Origin: a virus
Taxonomy: Duplodnaviria; Caudoviricetes
DNA: 40,163 nucleotides
Virus record (IMG/VR): IMGVR_UViG_3300029179_000011
Location: 1-40,163 of that record
Reading direction: 5' to 3' (one strand)
Shown piece by piece: positions 9,033 through 18,842 of this stretch. The first letter of the stretch is position 1, and every line of letters starts with the position of its first letter. The notes beneath the pieces are model-generated. The model did not search any database. It was not told the DNA's origin and worked only from the letters and a program-made list of their open reading frames with translations. Both the position numbers and the translations under genes were made by a program.

Positions 9033-9206
9033 TCAGGTTAAGGTAAGAGGTGGGATGCCCTTAGGCAAATGCAAGTTCGTCTTCTTAGGGGGAAGTACCT
9101 GCTTAGTCCCATATTTTGTTGGCATTCCGGTACCATGATAAGGGCCAGCCACCTTATGAGGACTGGTAGGTCTTTTGTAAATCCCTGAATTACCCTTTGT
9201 GGTCAC
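9033..9206 (-). CDS. Small basic hypothetical protein (57 aa, not in ORF track)
   Basis: GTG start after GGGAG; MTTKGNSGIYKRPTSPHKVAGPYHGTGMPTKYG...; shares AG.Y.G.G.P.K.G with the upstream gene. Confidence 0.6.
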   Translation of the reverse strand: MTTKGNSGIYKRPTSPHKVAGPYHGTGMPTKYGTKQVLPPKKTNLHLPKGIPPLTLT

Positions 9207-9390
9207 GCGGAACTCCCATGGTATGTGCTTTAGGCGGCATCGGCTGAATAGATTCAGTCGACATCTTGCCGATTTTACCTGGCTCGCCTACTCCTCGATA
9301 TTGCCCTGCGTACTCGATATTTCGATAATCGTAGGGTTCACGAAAAAAAGTAGGTTTGTCCAACTCAGGTTTTTTAATTTCCTGATCCAT
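9190..9390 (-). CDS. Small hypothetical protein
   Basis: 66 aa, AAGGAG RBS, YAGQYRGVGEPGKIG motif. Confidence 0.7.
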   Translation of the reverse strand: MDQEIKKPELDKPTFFREPYDYRNIEYAGQYRGVGEPGKIGKMSTESIQPMPPKAHTMGVPRDHKG

Positions 9391-9399
9391 TGGATCTCC

Positions 9400-9615
9400 T
9401 TAGTGTCTATAGCCTTCTTTCTGTCTAGCGGCATTCGAGGCGCTTACGCCTTGATTTTGTTCAGAATGGATTTGTTGATCCGTATCTGGATAGTTAATTC
9501 CGCGAATCTCGCCAGCCTTTGGCAATTCTCTACGATGAGCAGACTCAGGAAAATAATTATCTGAATCTGGTTCGCCTCGTCTCATATCCATTTTTCTTTC
9601 TGTCATTGGCTTCAT
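9400..9615 (-). CDS. Small hypothetical protein
   Basis: 71 aa, ATGA overlap with the portal stop codon. Confidence 0.65.
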   Translation of the reverse strand: MKPMTERKMDMRRGEPDSDNYFPESAHRRELPKAGEIRGINYPDTDQQIHSEQNQGVSASNAARQKEGYRH

Positions 9616-11735
9616 TGTGGTGCACTCCCAATAGGTTGCTCATTCCCCATTCTAGTAGATGGGGAATTATTGTTCAAAAAGTTTGTCAAGAATTTATTTG
9701 AATCAGCAGTTAATTTTGCGTCCATCTTTTCTCTGTCCTCTTGAACTTCCTGTTCCTGCTGCATTTTATCCAGTTTCATCTGATTGGCAGCGACTTCTAT
9801 TTGACCGAATTGACTTACCGATCCTAAGAGTTTTTCTAAAGCCTCCATTCGGGCTTTAAGAGCATTAGCTCTATTTTGTGTGATCTCAGAGAGTCTCTCT
9901 TCGAATAGGCCGACGTTAGACTCAGCTCTTCCGTGACGCTCTCTTGCCATGGCAATATCAGAGACCGAACGGGCTTGTAGATTCTGCATCTGAGCTTCCA
10001 GAAGATTCTGTTCCATCATCTGCTGCTGTTTCTGTACTTCAGCCATTTCAGCCTGTTGCTGCTCAACTGCCTCAATGATCTCATTCTTGCCCTGGATGGT
10101 CGCGTATTGAAGGATGAATTTGGGAGGGATAATACCACCAAGCATCTCGTTAAGCTGCATCATTTGAACAAACTGCTGCTGTTGCTGAATGGTAGTATTG
10201 AGACCCTCCGCGACTAAACAGTCAAATTTAGAGAAGATTTTAAATTCAAATTGAGGAGAGACCCTCTTGCCCAGAATCCTCTGCATCTTGGCAGGAGACC
10301 AGCGCCTAATGATTTTCTCTTCCAGACGTCCAAAGAGTTTGAAAGCGTAGTCCCATTGATCGAAATATTTCTGAAGGGTGACAAGTCCTGCTCCTTGGCG
10401 GAGCATCTCTGTGATTCCCGCTTTGGAATCGTCAGCCATTCCCATAAGTTCTTGGTTTACACCAGATGTACGGAAGATAAAGTCCACCAGCTGATTGGCA
10501 AGTTCCATATCGGAAGGAGGGACAGCATTGGGAATGATCTTCTCAATGTCAGTCATCTCATAGCCGTCTTTAATAATAATGTCTTTACCTTGACCCGCGT
10601 ATCTTAAGTCATCTTCATTAACGATTGCGTTCTCTTTACGTTTCCATCCAGAATTGATGGAACTCTCTGATATATCGTGATTTAAAATAATTCTACGATT
10701 TAAAAGAAATTGAACATCGCGCATTGCCCTACAGAGTGATCGGTCACGAAGATCGTACTGGGCCACCTGAGGGTCTCGGTTCCAGAACACAGGGACAAAA
10801 GGACACTCGTCGAAGCCCAAGGGGTTAAATCCTTGATACATCATGGTCTCATTAAGGATAACTACCTCTTTCCAGGTGGGGACTTCCACTTCGATCATCT
10901 CAAAATCTTGCTCGGTTTCCGTGACCATATCGAATAGAAATTCAGCCTTATCAATATAGTCATATGCGATGCCAGATCGACGGTTGTAGAGCATCTTTTT
11001 CTTACGGCTGCTCTGATACCACACAGTACTAAGGACTAACAGGTCATTCCTGCTCAAATTGTAGTTTTCAGGTAGGAAATAGAACTTCCCATTACGGTTT
11101 CCAAATCCACTCATAGTGTCGATCAAATCGGCTCGGTGCCGGAATTTTTTCTTAGCCTCTCCCTTAGAGATATACTGTTGCGTCCAGACGACATTACAGT
11201 CAGACATTCCTGGATCTCTCCAGTAGGGATCGGTCATAAATTCATTATAGGCCCAAATGCGGACGTCCAGAGTTCCATTTATAGGATCATCCGTAAAATC
11301 TAAATAGGGTTGCATGAGGCAAAGACCGCTGACTGCTGAGTACTCATAAGCCTTAGAAACTTTTTCTAAGATTCCCCGATAGCTATTGGCATAGGTGATG
11401 AGTTTAGTGAGGTCATCCGCATCTTCCTGATCCGATCCTTCAATAGGGAGGAAGTTAACCGATTTCCTATGCTGCCTTTGATATCCAGTGACCATGTTGA
11501 TCGGCTGCTGGATAAAATTGAAATGGAACTGCTGATAGTTAAACTGGGGATAAAAGTTAAAATAAGAGTTTATGAAGCGCTGCTCTCCTGCGTAGAAGAG
11601 AGTATCGATGTTCGCTTGCTGCCATCTTGCCTGTTCTACTGGCTCGAATCGTCCATAAAGATTATCCAACCACATTTTGATATTTGACTCGTTGGGTTCT
11701 TCATCGACGTCCCAAGGTGGGAAATACATGGGCAT
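9612..11735 (-). CDS. Portal protein (P22-like)
   Basis: 707 aa; FYAGEQ, FN.IQQPINMVTGYQRQ, CPFVP, MRDVQ..LNRR, SGVNQELMG motifs and a Gln-rich C-terminal barrel helix. Confidence 0.85.
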   Translation of the reverse strand: MPMYFPPWDVDEEPNESNIKMWLDNLYGRFEPVEQARWQQANIDTLFYAGEQRFINSYFNFYPQFNYQQFHFNFIQQPINMVTGYQRQHRKSVNFLPIEGSDQEDADDLTKLITYANSYRGILEKVSKAYEYSAVSGLCLMQPYLDFTDDPINGTLDVRIWAYNEFMTDPYWRDPGMSDCNVVWTQQYISKGEAKKKFRHRADLIDTMSGFGNRNGKFYFLPENYNLSRNDLLVLSTVWYQSSRKKKMLYNRRSGIAYDYIDKAEFLFDMVTETEQDFEMIEVEVPTWKEVVILNETMMYQGFNPLGFDECPFVPVFWNRDPQVAQYDLRDRSLCRAMRDVQFLLNRRIILNHDISESSINSGWKRKENAIVNEDDLRYAGQGKDIIIKDGYEMTDIEKIIPNAVPPSDMELANQLVDFIFRTSGVNQELMGMADDSKAGITEMLRQGAGLVTLQKYFDQWDYAFKLFGRLEEKIIRRWSPAKMQRILGKRVSPQFEFKIFSKFDCLVAEGLNTTIQQQQQFVQMMQLNEMLGGIIPPKFILQYATIQGKNEIIEAVEQQQAEMAEVQKQQQMMEQNLLEAQMQNLQARSVSDIAMARERHGRAESNVGLFEERLSEITQNRANALKARMEALEKLLGSVSQFGQIEVAANQMKLDKMQQEQEVQEDREKMDAKLTADSNKFLTNFLNNNSPSTRMGNEQPIGSAPQ

Positions 11736-11871
11736 AGCAGACCTTTTGAAAATGAGTATCTTTCTCTCATATTAGTCAAAATATTTTTTGATTGCAAAAG
11801 ATCATAGGAATTTTTTGAACTTTAATGCGTAAAATGATAATTTTAATTTCAGAGCAGGAGGAGAACTCACC

Positions 11872-13851
11872 ATGGCAGTATCAGTATATCAACAAGGCGG
11901 ATATGGAACGGCCCCGTTATTTCCAAATCCCATTATAGCACGTAGAGACCCAACCACTACGGATAAGGTTTCACCAACGGGATTACCCTATCAAATCTTT
12001 CAAGGGTGGAATAACGAACTTACCGACGCCAACTTTATCTATTTAGGTGGTGGAAACTGGGTCACGATTGCCTCGGTGGTAGGATCTCTTAATCAGCTTA
12101 CAGGAAACGCAGGCATAGCCCTTCCGGCGGCTGGAAATATTAATATCGTTGGGGTAGGCACTCTGTCCTTTGCAGGAGCCGGCTCGACGATCACAGGTAC
12201 GATTACCCCAGGCACGGGACTAATTGCCACACTTACCGGAAACTCCGGCGGGGCACTCTCTCCTACGGCGGGTAACTTCAATATTCTAGGAAACAACGCC
12301 CTAGGAATCAATATCTCAGGTGCAGGGTCTACTTTAACAGTAGCAGGCATCCAAGGCTCTACAACTCAAGTCGGGGTTTGGGAAGGGGCAACAGCAGTTG
12401 AAACTCAGACTGGCACAGACGCTACTCGAGTGGTCACGCCAGCTAGCTTAATTCCTTCCCTATTAACCCCTTATGTTGTTGGCGCAGGAGGAGCTTATAC
12501 TACCGTGCAGTCTGCTGTAACAGCGGCTCAGACAGCAGGTGGAGGAGTGGTATATGTAAAACCTGGTACTTATATTGAAAACGTTACAATGACACAAGGA
12601 GTTATCCTTGTAGGATTAGCCGGATCAAATGGAAATATTCCTCTTTTCACGTCGGGCGATCTGGATCTTCCAGTAATTATTCAAGGTAACTTTACCTTAA
12701 ATCTGACGACAGCGGTTGCAACACCTACGGTTTGGATTGAAAATATTCAATTTACCGCTAACGCTGGGATTGTATTTACCTACACCGGAAATATTGGCTT
12801 ACTTGAAAGCGGATATATTAATTTTAACAATTGTAAATTCATAGCTGGCACAGCTCCTACCTTCATTTTCTCTAATGATGGATTCTTTAATGTTAATTTT
12901 CAGTCCTGTGTAGTTGACGAAACCACACCTGGGACAACTAATTTTATCACATGGGGAGCGACTCCCTTCCTTAATTTGAACGTTCGAGATAGCTGGATAA
13001 ATATCAATCCAACGACTGCATTAGTGATTCCGACTGGATCCTTTAACGTCTTTACCTTCCAAAATACATATTGGGGAGCGCGATTAGATGCCAGCGCTGG
13101 AACACAGACACTTCAGATTACGGCCCATGAATGCGTATTTAATCAGTCACCAGCGGGTGCCGGTGATCCTCTATTTACATTTGGCGCAAATAGTGGCTCT
13201 GTGGTTGCTTCTAATTGTGTCATTTTGTCTACAAGCGGATCCTTAGCTAACTCAACAGCTGTTACAGCAGCCGACATCTTCCGATATAATAATTGCATAT
13301 GGAATAACGCACTTACTATCGGAGCAACAGGACGAGGAGAATTCTCATTCTGTGAATTTTATGGTGATACAAGTGCTGCTATAACCTTTAGTTCTTCTCA
13401 AGCATGCAGTGTTCTAAATAGTGTAATAAATTCTACAAATAACCCAGCAATAGCCGGAGCTGGTGCAGGGATATTAACCCTGGGTGAAAATTTATTTACA
13501 GGGAATGCCTTACTGGCTGGAACTCTAACGGTTGCATATGGATCAATCGGTGGCGTGCTAGCCACTAAAAACGTAGCGGGTGCTTCTCCTCAAATCGTAA
13601 ACGCTCGTACAGGTCAAGTGGCCTTCACTGATGTGGTTGCCAACGGAGCCTATGGAACGCTTACCTTGACAAACAGCACAATTGCGGCCGCCTCAGTAAT
13701 AGTAGCCTCTGTCTCTTGTACGACAGTCAACTCTGCCTGTCAGATTGTAGAGACCACTCCAGGTGCAGGATCTGTGGCTTTCCGAATTTTCAACGCTGGA
13801 TCTGCCTCAACGGCAGCAGATATTTTAGTAAACTTCTGGGTAATAGGATAA
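11872..13851 (+). CDS. Tailspike/fibre protein with pectin-lyase-like beta-helix
   Basis: 659 aa; two LTGN.G...P.AGN.NI.G repeats and a YTTVQSAVTAA...VYVKPGTYIENV beta-helix cap; strong AGGAGG RBS. Confidence 0.7.
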   Translation: MAVSVYQQGGYGTAPLFPNPIIARRDPTTTDKVSPTGLPYQIFQGWNNELTDANFIYLGGGNWVTIASVVGSLNQLTGNAGIALPAAGNINIVGVGTLSFAGAGSTITGTITPGTGLIATLTGNSGGALSPTAGNFNILGNNALGINISGAGSTLTVAGIQGSTTQVGVWEGATAVETQTGTDATRVVTPASLIPSLLTPYVVGAGGAYTTVQSAVTAAQTAGGGVVYVKPGTYIENVTMTQGVILVGLAGSNGNIPLFTSGDLDLPVIIQGNFTLNLTTAVATPTVWIENIQFTANAGIVFTYTGNIGLLESGYINFNNCKFIAGTAPTFIFSNDGFFNVNFQSCVVDETTPGTTNFITWGATPFLNLNVRDSWININPTTALVIPTGSFNVFTFQNTYWGARLDASAGTQTLQITAHECVFNQSPAGAGDPLFTFGANSGSVVASNCVILSTSGSLANSTAVTAADIFRYNNCIWNNALTIGATGRGEFSFCEFYGDTSAAITFSSSQACSVLNSVINSTNNPAIAGAGAGILTLGENLFTGNALLAGTLTVAYGSIGGVLATKNVAGASPQIVNARTGQVAFTDVVANGAYGTLTLTNSTIAAASVIVASVSCTTVNSACQIVETTPGAGSVAFRIFNAGSASTAADILVNFWVIG

Positions 13852-13855
13852 CACA

Positions 13856-14008
13856 ATGAAGAAGCAGACGAAGAAAGACAAAATGGATGAGAGCCTCGGA
13901 ATGAAAAGAGGTAAGGAATCCACAAAAGAGCAGGCTTATCCTGCACGTAGACATGAGTCTATGGGTATGAAAAAAGCTATTATGAAGAAATCCTCACGTA
14001 AGAGGTAA
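13856..14008 (+). CDS. Small Lys/Met-rich protein (50 aa, not in ORF track)
   Basis: MKKQTKKDKMDESLGMKRGKESTKEQAYPARRHESMGMKKAIMKKSSRKR; AGGA RBS; fills the gap exactly. Confidence 0.65.
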   Translation: MKKQTKKDKMDESLGMKRGKESTKEQAYPARRHESMGMKKAIMKKSSRKR

Positions 14009-14011
14009 ACT

Positions 14012-14350
14012 ATGGGTCTTCCAAATAATTCGAAAGCTGATTGGGGTCAAGAACTCACTATTGATGCTGCCACCTTCACTGGGATGGCTCAGTCCATGGG
14101 GACATTTACCTCGGCTCCTTCAGTGATTATCGTCCAAAACGATACGAATCAGACAGTTTCTATTCGTCGTTTTTCAGATCCTTCGCAAGTCGGGATTTCT
14201 TTTGTAAGTGGAGTCCGGCTTGTTCTGGATTTGGAAAGCAACCGAGCTATGGCTGACTTCTTTTCATTTATGGCTAATAGACCTGTTCTTGTAAGCGGAG
14301 CTGCGGGAGCTGGACTATTTAAAATAGCGTATGTCTATGGAGTGGCATGA
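14012..14350 (+). CDS. Small beta-rich virion protein (putative)
   Basis: 112 aa in the fibre cluster, GAGG RBS. Confidence 0.6.
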   Translation: MGLPNNSKADWGQELTIDAATFTGMAQSMGTFTSAPSVIIVQNDTNQTVSIRRFSDPSQVGISFVSGVRLVLDLESNRAMADFFSFMANRPVLVSGAAGAGLFKIAYVYGVA

Positions 14351-14898
14351 GTCAGATATTTAGAGATTCTACCTCTGGGCCAGTACCACCAACTGTGCCC
14401 GAGCAATTTACGGCTGATGACGGTACCATCGGTGTACCAGTCGCCAATAATTTTAATCTCTTATCTCGAGCCACTACCGAAAATAACTATAATGGAATTC
14501 AGACGACTACCGATCCCAATGGATCGGCCAATCACTATACTGAGTTGACTAACCGATTATTCGGAGGAGTTTCCACAAACGATTCCACTCCCACCGCCAT
14601 CATTACCTTTCCCTTAGGAGCAACTCCAGGGACTTTCACATTTGATGGATTCATAAGCGCTCACAATACCTCGGTTCCCTCAGGAGCTGGCTACTTCTTC
14701 ACAGCAGCTATGAGAACCACAGGGGCAGCAGCTATCGAAATCGGGGTGGAATTCACCTCAGAGTTTGAAGAAGCTGCATTAGCCGCGTCTGATGTCACGA
14801 TCAGCGCAGTAGGAAATAATTTCGTAATCACTGTAACGGGCATCGCGGCAACCGCTATCGATTGGCTCGCACAGGCTACTTACTCGAGGACACCATAA
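14347..14898 (+). CDS. Tail fibre-associated protein
   Basis: 183 aa; carries a diverged copy of the F.(A/G)D.G...P.A.N.N module. Confidence 0.6.
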   Translation: MSQIFRDSTSGPVPPTVPEQFTADDGTIGVPVANNFNLLSRATTENNYNGIQTTTDPNGSANHYTELTNRLFGGVSTNDSTPTAIITFPLGATPGTFTFDGFISAHNTSVPSGAGYFFTAAMRTTGAAAIEIGVEFTSEFEEAALAASDVTISAVGNNFVITVTGIAATAIDWLAQATYSRTP

Positions 14899-16766
14899 TG
14901 GGCGGATTTTCCTCAATTACAGGTCAAGAAACCGTAATGTTTGCGGACAACGCCTCCTTCGACGGAACAAAAAGGGGAGGAGTACTAGATGCTAATGGTC
15001 TTTTTTGGATTGGTAACGCTGCTTCTCCTCGTGTGCGTAAGGGAACGTTAACATCCCCCTTAGGAACGATTAACATTGGCTATGCGGCCCCAAACATCAC
15101 AATTGATGTAGCGGGTGGGCCTTTTGCTGAAACGATCACTGGAGACACAGGAGGGCCTCTAGCGCCCACAGCTGGAAACTGGAACATATTTGGCCAGCCA
15201 GCCAATACTACCCAGGTGATGGAGACTCACAATATCACTGGGGATTTCTGGGTTGAAAACCGATCCTGGCAAACTCAATATGTGGTAGACACGTCTGTCA
15301 CAGTCGGACTTCAAGGAACCTATTCGACGATTGCGGCAGCTCTGGCAGCAGCCGTTGCCGATGGAATGGCCTTCAATAACTTCAAAAAGATCTATATCCG
15401 GACTGGAACCTATACAGAAAACTTAGTAATTCCTCCTGGCGCTATCCTTGTCGGAGAGACTATTTCTCTTCCTACAGGGGGTGCCATAACACCTATAAAT
15501 AATACGGTAATTACTGGAAACCATACATTTACAGGAAATGCCATAGTAGCCTTTAACAATATTGTCTTTACAGCTGCTGCGGGAAATATGTTTTCAGCAG
15601 GGGCAGCCGCAATCTGTCTGCTTTATTTTGATAATTGCCTTCTTGCTAATGGAGGAGCGAGTGCTATCATCAATGCTCTGCCTGCCAATTCTTATGTGAG
15701 TATGAATGGATGCTCTTTAGCAGGTACAGGAGATACTCTGCTCTTTGATTCCCCAGATACCGAACTAAATCTTTCTAATTGTGTATTTGCACAGCCACTA
15801 AATATATCAATGAGCGGTTCTAATTTTAATGCCAATAACACTACTGGTATAGGATTAGTGACACTAGGAACAGGAGCGACAATAAAAGCTCTCGGATGTA
15901 CCTTCCTATTAGGAGCTGCTCATGATTACAATATTGATTCTACAGCCTCTTCTAATCAAAATATTTTAACTTCCTGTTTCTTTGAAGGAACACCTACTAT
16001 AGCAGCCTTATCGCCAACATTAACCGATACGGCTTGGTTGTTGGCCAAATGCGCTACTTCAATCCCAGCGGCTGGAGATAATAAATTATATGCTAATACG
16101 GCAGTAACTACCTCCTATAGCGTAGCAGAGCAAGGTAATCTGATTAAATCCACTAGGACAGCTATAAACCTTCAGATGGACATAAATAATTACTATGTAG
16201 GAGTCACCAGCACAGCCGCTCCTCGTACAATTCTTTTGCCTGATGGAACGGGAGGTTCTGTACTGCCTCAAAAAGATCAGGTCTTCATCATCAATGATGA
16301 GAGCGGAGGAGCTGGAACCAATAACATCACTGTCACCACGAATGGGGGAGTCGTCTTAATCGACGGACAAACCTCCCAGACAATCCGCAGTGATTATGGA
16401 AATATCACAGTGATTTTCGATGGTACGAACTACTTCATGCTCAATGAGTCCAGTTCTTCCCCATCCTCTTTCAATTATACGAACGTCACCAACGCTATGT
16501 CTCCATATACGGTTCTCCTCACAGACTTCTATCTGTCAGTAGATACTTCAGGAGGAGCCGTTCAGCTGAACTTTCCTAATGCTCCGGCTTTCAAACGGCA
16601 ATTTATTATCAAAGACCGCACTGGAACCGCTGCTACCAGCAATATTACCCTCACTACTCCTGGAGGAACCGTAACATTTGATGGATTGACTACGTACACA
16701 ATGAATTCCAATTACCAGGCAATCCAATTGTTAGCCAATGCTACACCAACTTACGAGGTCTATTAA
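14898..16766 (+). CDS. Tailspike/fibre protein with beta-helix and two tandem C-terminal beta domains
   Basis: Likely ATG at 14898 (TAATG coupling, GAGGA RBS); YSTIAAALAAA...IYIRTGTYTENL cap; duplicated I.D..G.A.T.NIT.TT.GG...DG.T domain. Confidence 0.7.
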   Translation: MGGFSSITGQETVMFADNASFDGTKRGGVLDANGLFWIGNAASPRVRKGTLTSPLGTINIGYAAPNITIDVAGGPFAETITGDTGGPLAPTAGNWNIFGQPANTTQVMETHNITGDFWVENRSWQTQYVVDTSVTVGLQGTYSTIAAALAAAVADGMAFNNFKKIYIRTGTYTENLVIPPGAILVGETISLPTGGAITPINNTVITGNHTFTGNAIVAFNNIVFTAAAGNMFSAGAAAICLLYFDNCLLANGGASAIINALPANSYVSMNGCSLAGTGDTLLFDSPDTELNLSNCVFAQPLNISMSGSNFNANNTTGIGLVTLGTGATIKALGCTFLLGAAHDYNIDSTASSNQNILTSCFFEGTPTIAALSPTLTDTAWLLAKCATSIPAAGDNKLYANTAVTTSYSVAEQGNLIKSTRTAINLQMDINNYYVGVTSTAAPRTILLPDGTGGSVLPQKDQVFIINDESGGAGTNNITVTTNGGVVLIDGQTSQTIRSDYGNITVIFDGTNYFMLNESSSSPSSFNYTNVTNAMSPYTVLLTDFYLSVDTSGGAVQLNFPNAPAFKRQFIIKDRTGTAATSNITLTTPGGTVTFDGLTTYTMNSNYQAIQLLANATPTYEVY

Positions 16767-18241
16767 TGGGATATAGAGATTACTCTACAGCAAAAGGGCG
16801 AATAGTAGATGCCACAGGTCATGGGGATTTTACAACAATCCAGGCTGCGATTACTGCATCTTCTAGTGGTCAAACGGTTTTTATTCGTCCTGGCATCTAT
16901 ACTGAAAACCTCACTCTTAAAGTCGGAGTCACACTATGTGCCTATCCGGCCTTTGGAGCTTTCGGCTCGGCCTTCTCAGGGAATGTAATCATTAACGGTA
17001 CCTGTACTCTTACGACAGCAGGAACAGCTACGATTTATGGATGTACTCTCCAAACCAACGGAGCTGCCGCTGTCGTTGTTTCTGGAAGCGCAGCCTCCGT
17101 TCTGATTATAGAAAACTGTTACCTAAACTGTACAGACGCTACGGGAGTTACACTCTCATCAAGCTCTTCGAGTAGCTCAATTATTTTCAGCTATTGCACA
17201 GGAAATATTACTACAACCGGAATTGCCCTCTTTGCTCATAGTGGAGCAGGTCAATTGAGATTCCTTCATTCAGCATTCAATAATGGAGGAGGATCTACTA
17301 CCGCAAATACTGTATCTGGGGGTGGGTTTTTTGGGCCAAATTATAGTGGATGGGCTAATGGATTATCTCTTTCAGGCGCCTCTTCTTCTGTAGGAGATTT
17401 CCTTGATATGACGATGGCTGGAAACCAGACAGCCATTACGACTGCAGATACTTCTGGCTTTAACTTCCAACATTCAACTATCGCCTCTAATACCTCTAGT
17501 TGCATTTCTCTTGGAGCGGGAACTTCTGGCCAATTGCATCATTGCCTTCTCTCAAGTTCGAATGGTAATACAATTGCAGGCAGTGGAACGTTAGCCTTTA
17601 CAAATATTACCTTTAACTCTGTCGCCAATCTTCAAAATACTCTTACTCTCAGTAATGGAGCCATGAACGGCTTTTTCACTGGAGCTGGAGTAGGAACAGC
17701 TGGACAAGTTTTAACTTCTAATGGTTCAAGTAGCCCTCCTACGTGGCAAGCGGCAGGCGGAGGCGCGTTAGTCAAACAGGTAAGAGCCAGCACAAATACA
17801 GCAGGTTCGACGGCTACGGCAATGCCTTTTGATGATACCATTCCTCAAATAGGAGAAGGTGCTGAGATTTTGAATGTTGCCATCACTCCCGCCAACGCAA
17901 GTAATATACTATTAATTGAATATAACTATTACGCCTCCATGTCAGCACCTGATGGCGCAGCTATCAATATGACTAGCGCATTATTTCAAGATGCTACAGC
18001 GAACGCCATTTATGCCCAGTGCGATATAAATAGATTTTCTGGAGATACAAGTGGAGCGAAAAACTGGGCACGTTCTATCTCAGGACGATTCTATATGGTA
18101 GCAGGAACTACCAGCTCCACCACATTCCGTTTAAGAGCAGGTACATCTTCTGGTACGTATTACTGGCTTTCAAACGTAGGATCAGGATTATATAGCACAG
18201 CTGATCTAGCCACATTAACTGTGACTGAATTCACTCCCTAA
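16766..18241 (+). CDS. Tailspike/fibre protein with pectinesterase-like N-terminus
   Basis: 491 aa; VDATGHGDFTTIQAAI...VFIRPGIYTENL, then GTAGQVLTSNG...PTW linker and a receptor-binding-like C-terminal domain. Confidence 0.7.
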   Translation: MGYRDYSTAKGRIVDATGHGDFTTIQAAITASSSGQTVFIRPGIYTENLTLKVGVTLCAYPAFGAFGSAFSGNVIINGTCTLTTAGTATIYGCTLQTNGAAAVVVSGSAASVLIIENCYLNCTDATGVTLSSSSSSSSIIFSYCTGNITTTGIALFAHSGAGQLRFLHSAFNNGGGSTTANTVSGGGFFGPNYSGWANGLSLSGASSSVGDFLDMTMAGNQTAITTADTSGFNFQHSTIASNTSSCISLGAGTSGQLHHCLLSSSNGNTIAGSGTLAFTNITFNSVANLQNTLTLSNGAMNGFFTGAGVGTAGQVLTSNGSSSPPTWQAAGGGALVKQVRASTNTAGSTATAMPFDDTIPQIGEGAEILNVAITPANASNILLIEYNYYASMSAPDGAAINMTSALFQDATANAIYAQCDINRFSGDTSGAKNWARSISGRFYMVAGTTSSTTFRLRAGTSSGTYYWLSNVGSGLYSTADLATLTVTEFTP

Positions 18242-18298
18242 TATTTTTCTTGCAAAGTTATAGCGTGACCGATTAGAAAAAATCTTTTTTGGAAAGAT

Positions 18299-18418
18299 AT
18301 GAAATTCTGGTTTTGGTTCGCTATAATTTACATTTTCTTAATGCTCATCGTACTTTCCTTATGTAAAGCAGCAAAAAAAGGAGAAGAACATGACGATGAA
18401 GGGAATATTAAACAATGA
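18299..18418 (+). CDS. Small single-TM protein (39 aa, not in ORF track)
   Basis: MKFWFWFAIIYIFLMLIVLSLCKAAKKGEEHDDEGNIKQ. Confidence 0.45.
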   Translation: MKFWFWFAIIYIFLMLIVLSLCKAAKKGEEHDDEGNIKQ

Positions 18419-18842
18419 AAGGGTGTTTTTAAGCAACTATGATGTAATTCAAAGACTTAAAAAAAGAAACTTGATAGACGAAACCTCAAATGATTATGCC
18501 GTTCTACCTCGTGATCCGGATAAAAGAATTATTTTAGTTCACGTAGATCCTCGTTATCTGGTAGGATCTGACCGAGCTAAGTATTTTTCTTTAAATTCAA
18601 AGGAGGTTCGTATGAACTATTCAGATATGGCAAAAGCAGTAATGGAGGGCAAGAAGGCCCGACGCTCTAATTGGCCAGAAAGCATGCACTTGTGGTTCGC
18701 TTGTGAAATGATGCTCCATACGCATCCCTATTGGCCTGATCAAGGCAAAGTACTCTTTAGGGATAATCAGCTGGAAGGCTTCCCTTACATTTGCGAAAAA
18801 GATGATGCTATTACCAATGACTGGGAATTAGTTAGTGCATAA
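18390..18842 (+). CDS. Protein with C-terminal DUF2829 / Tad2-like domain (internal in-frame start at 18612)
   Basis: MNYSDMAKAVMEGKKARRSNW...D.I.NDWELV matches the DUF2829 pattern (GKKV.R..W ... D.LA.DW); AAGGAGG precedes ATG 18612. Confidence 0.6.
   Translation: MTMKGILNNERVFLSNYDVIQRLKKRNLIDETSNDYAVLPRDPDKRIILVHVDPRYLVGSDRAKYFSLNSKEVRMNYSDMAKAVMEGKKARRSNWPESMHLWFACEMMLHTHPYWPDQGKVLFRDNQLEGFPYICEKDDAITNDWELVSA

Noticed and set aside
11872-18241. Diversity-generating retroelement or invertible fibre cassette
   Set aside because: No reverse transcriptase or invertase, and no near-identical nucleotide repeats seen; similarity is at protein-motif level only
18600-18640. Possible preQ1 riboswitch upstream of yhhQ (GGAGGTTC...)
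   Set aside because: No closing P1 strand or A-rich tail; it is better explained as an RBS plus start codon
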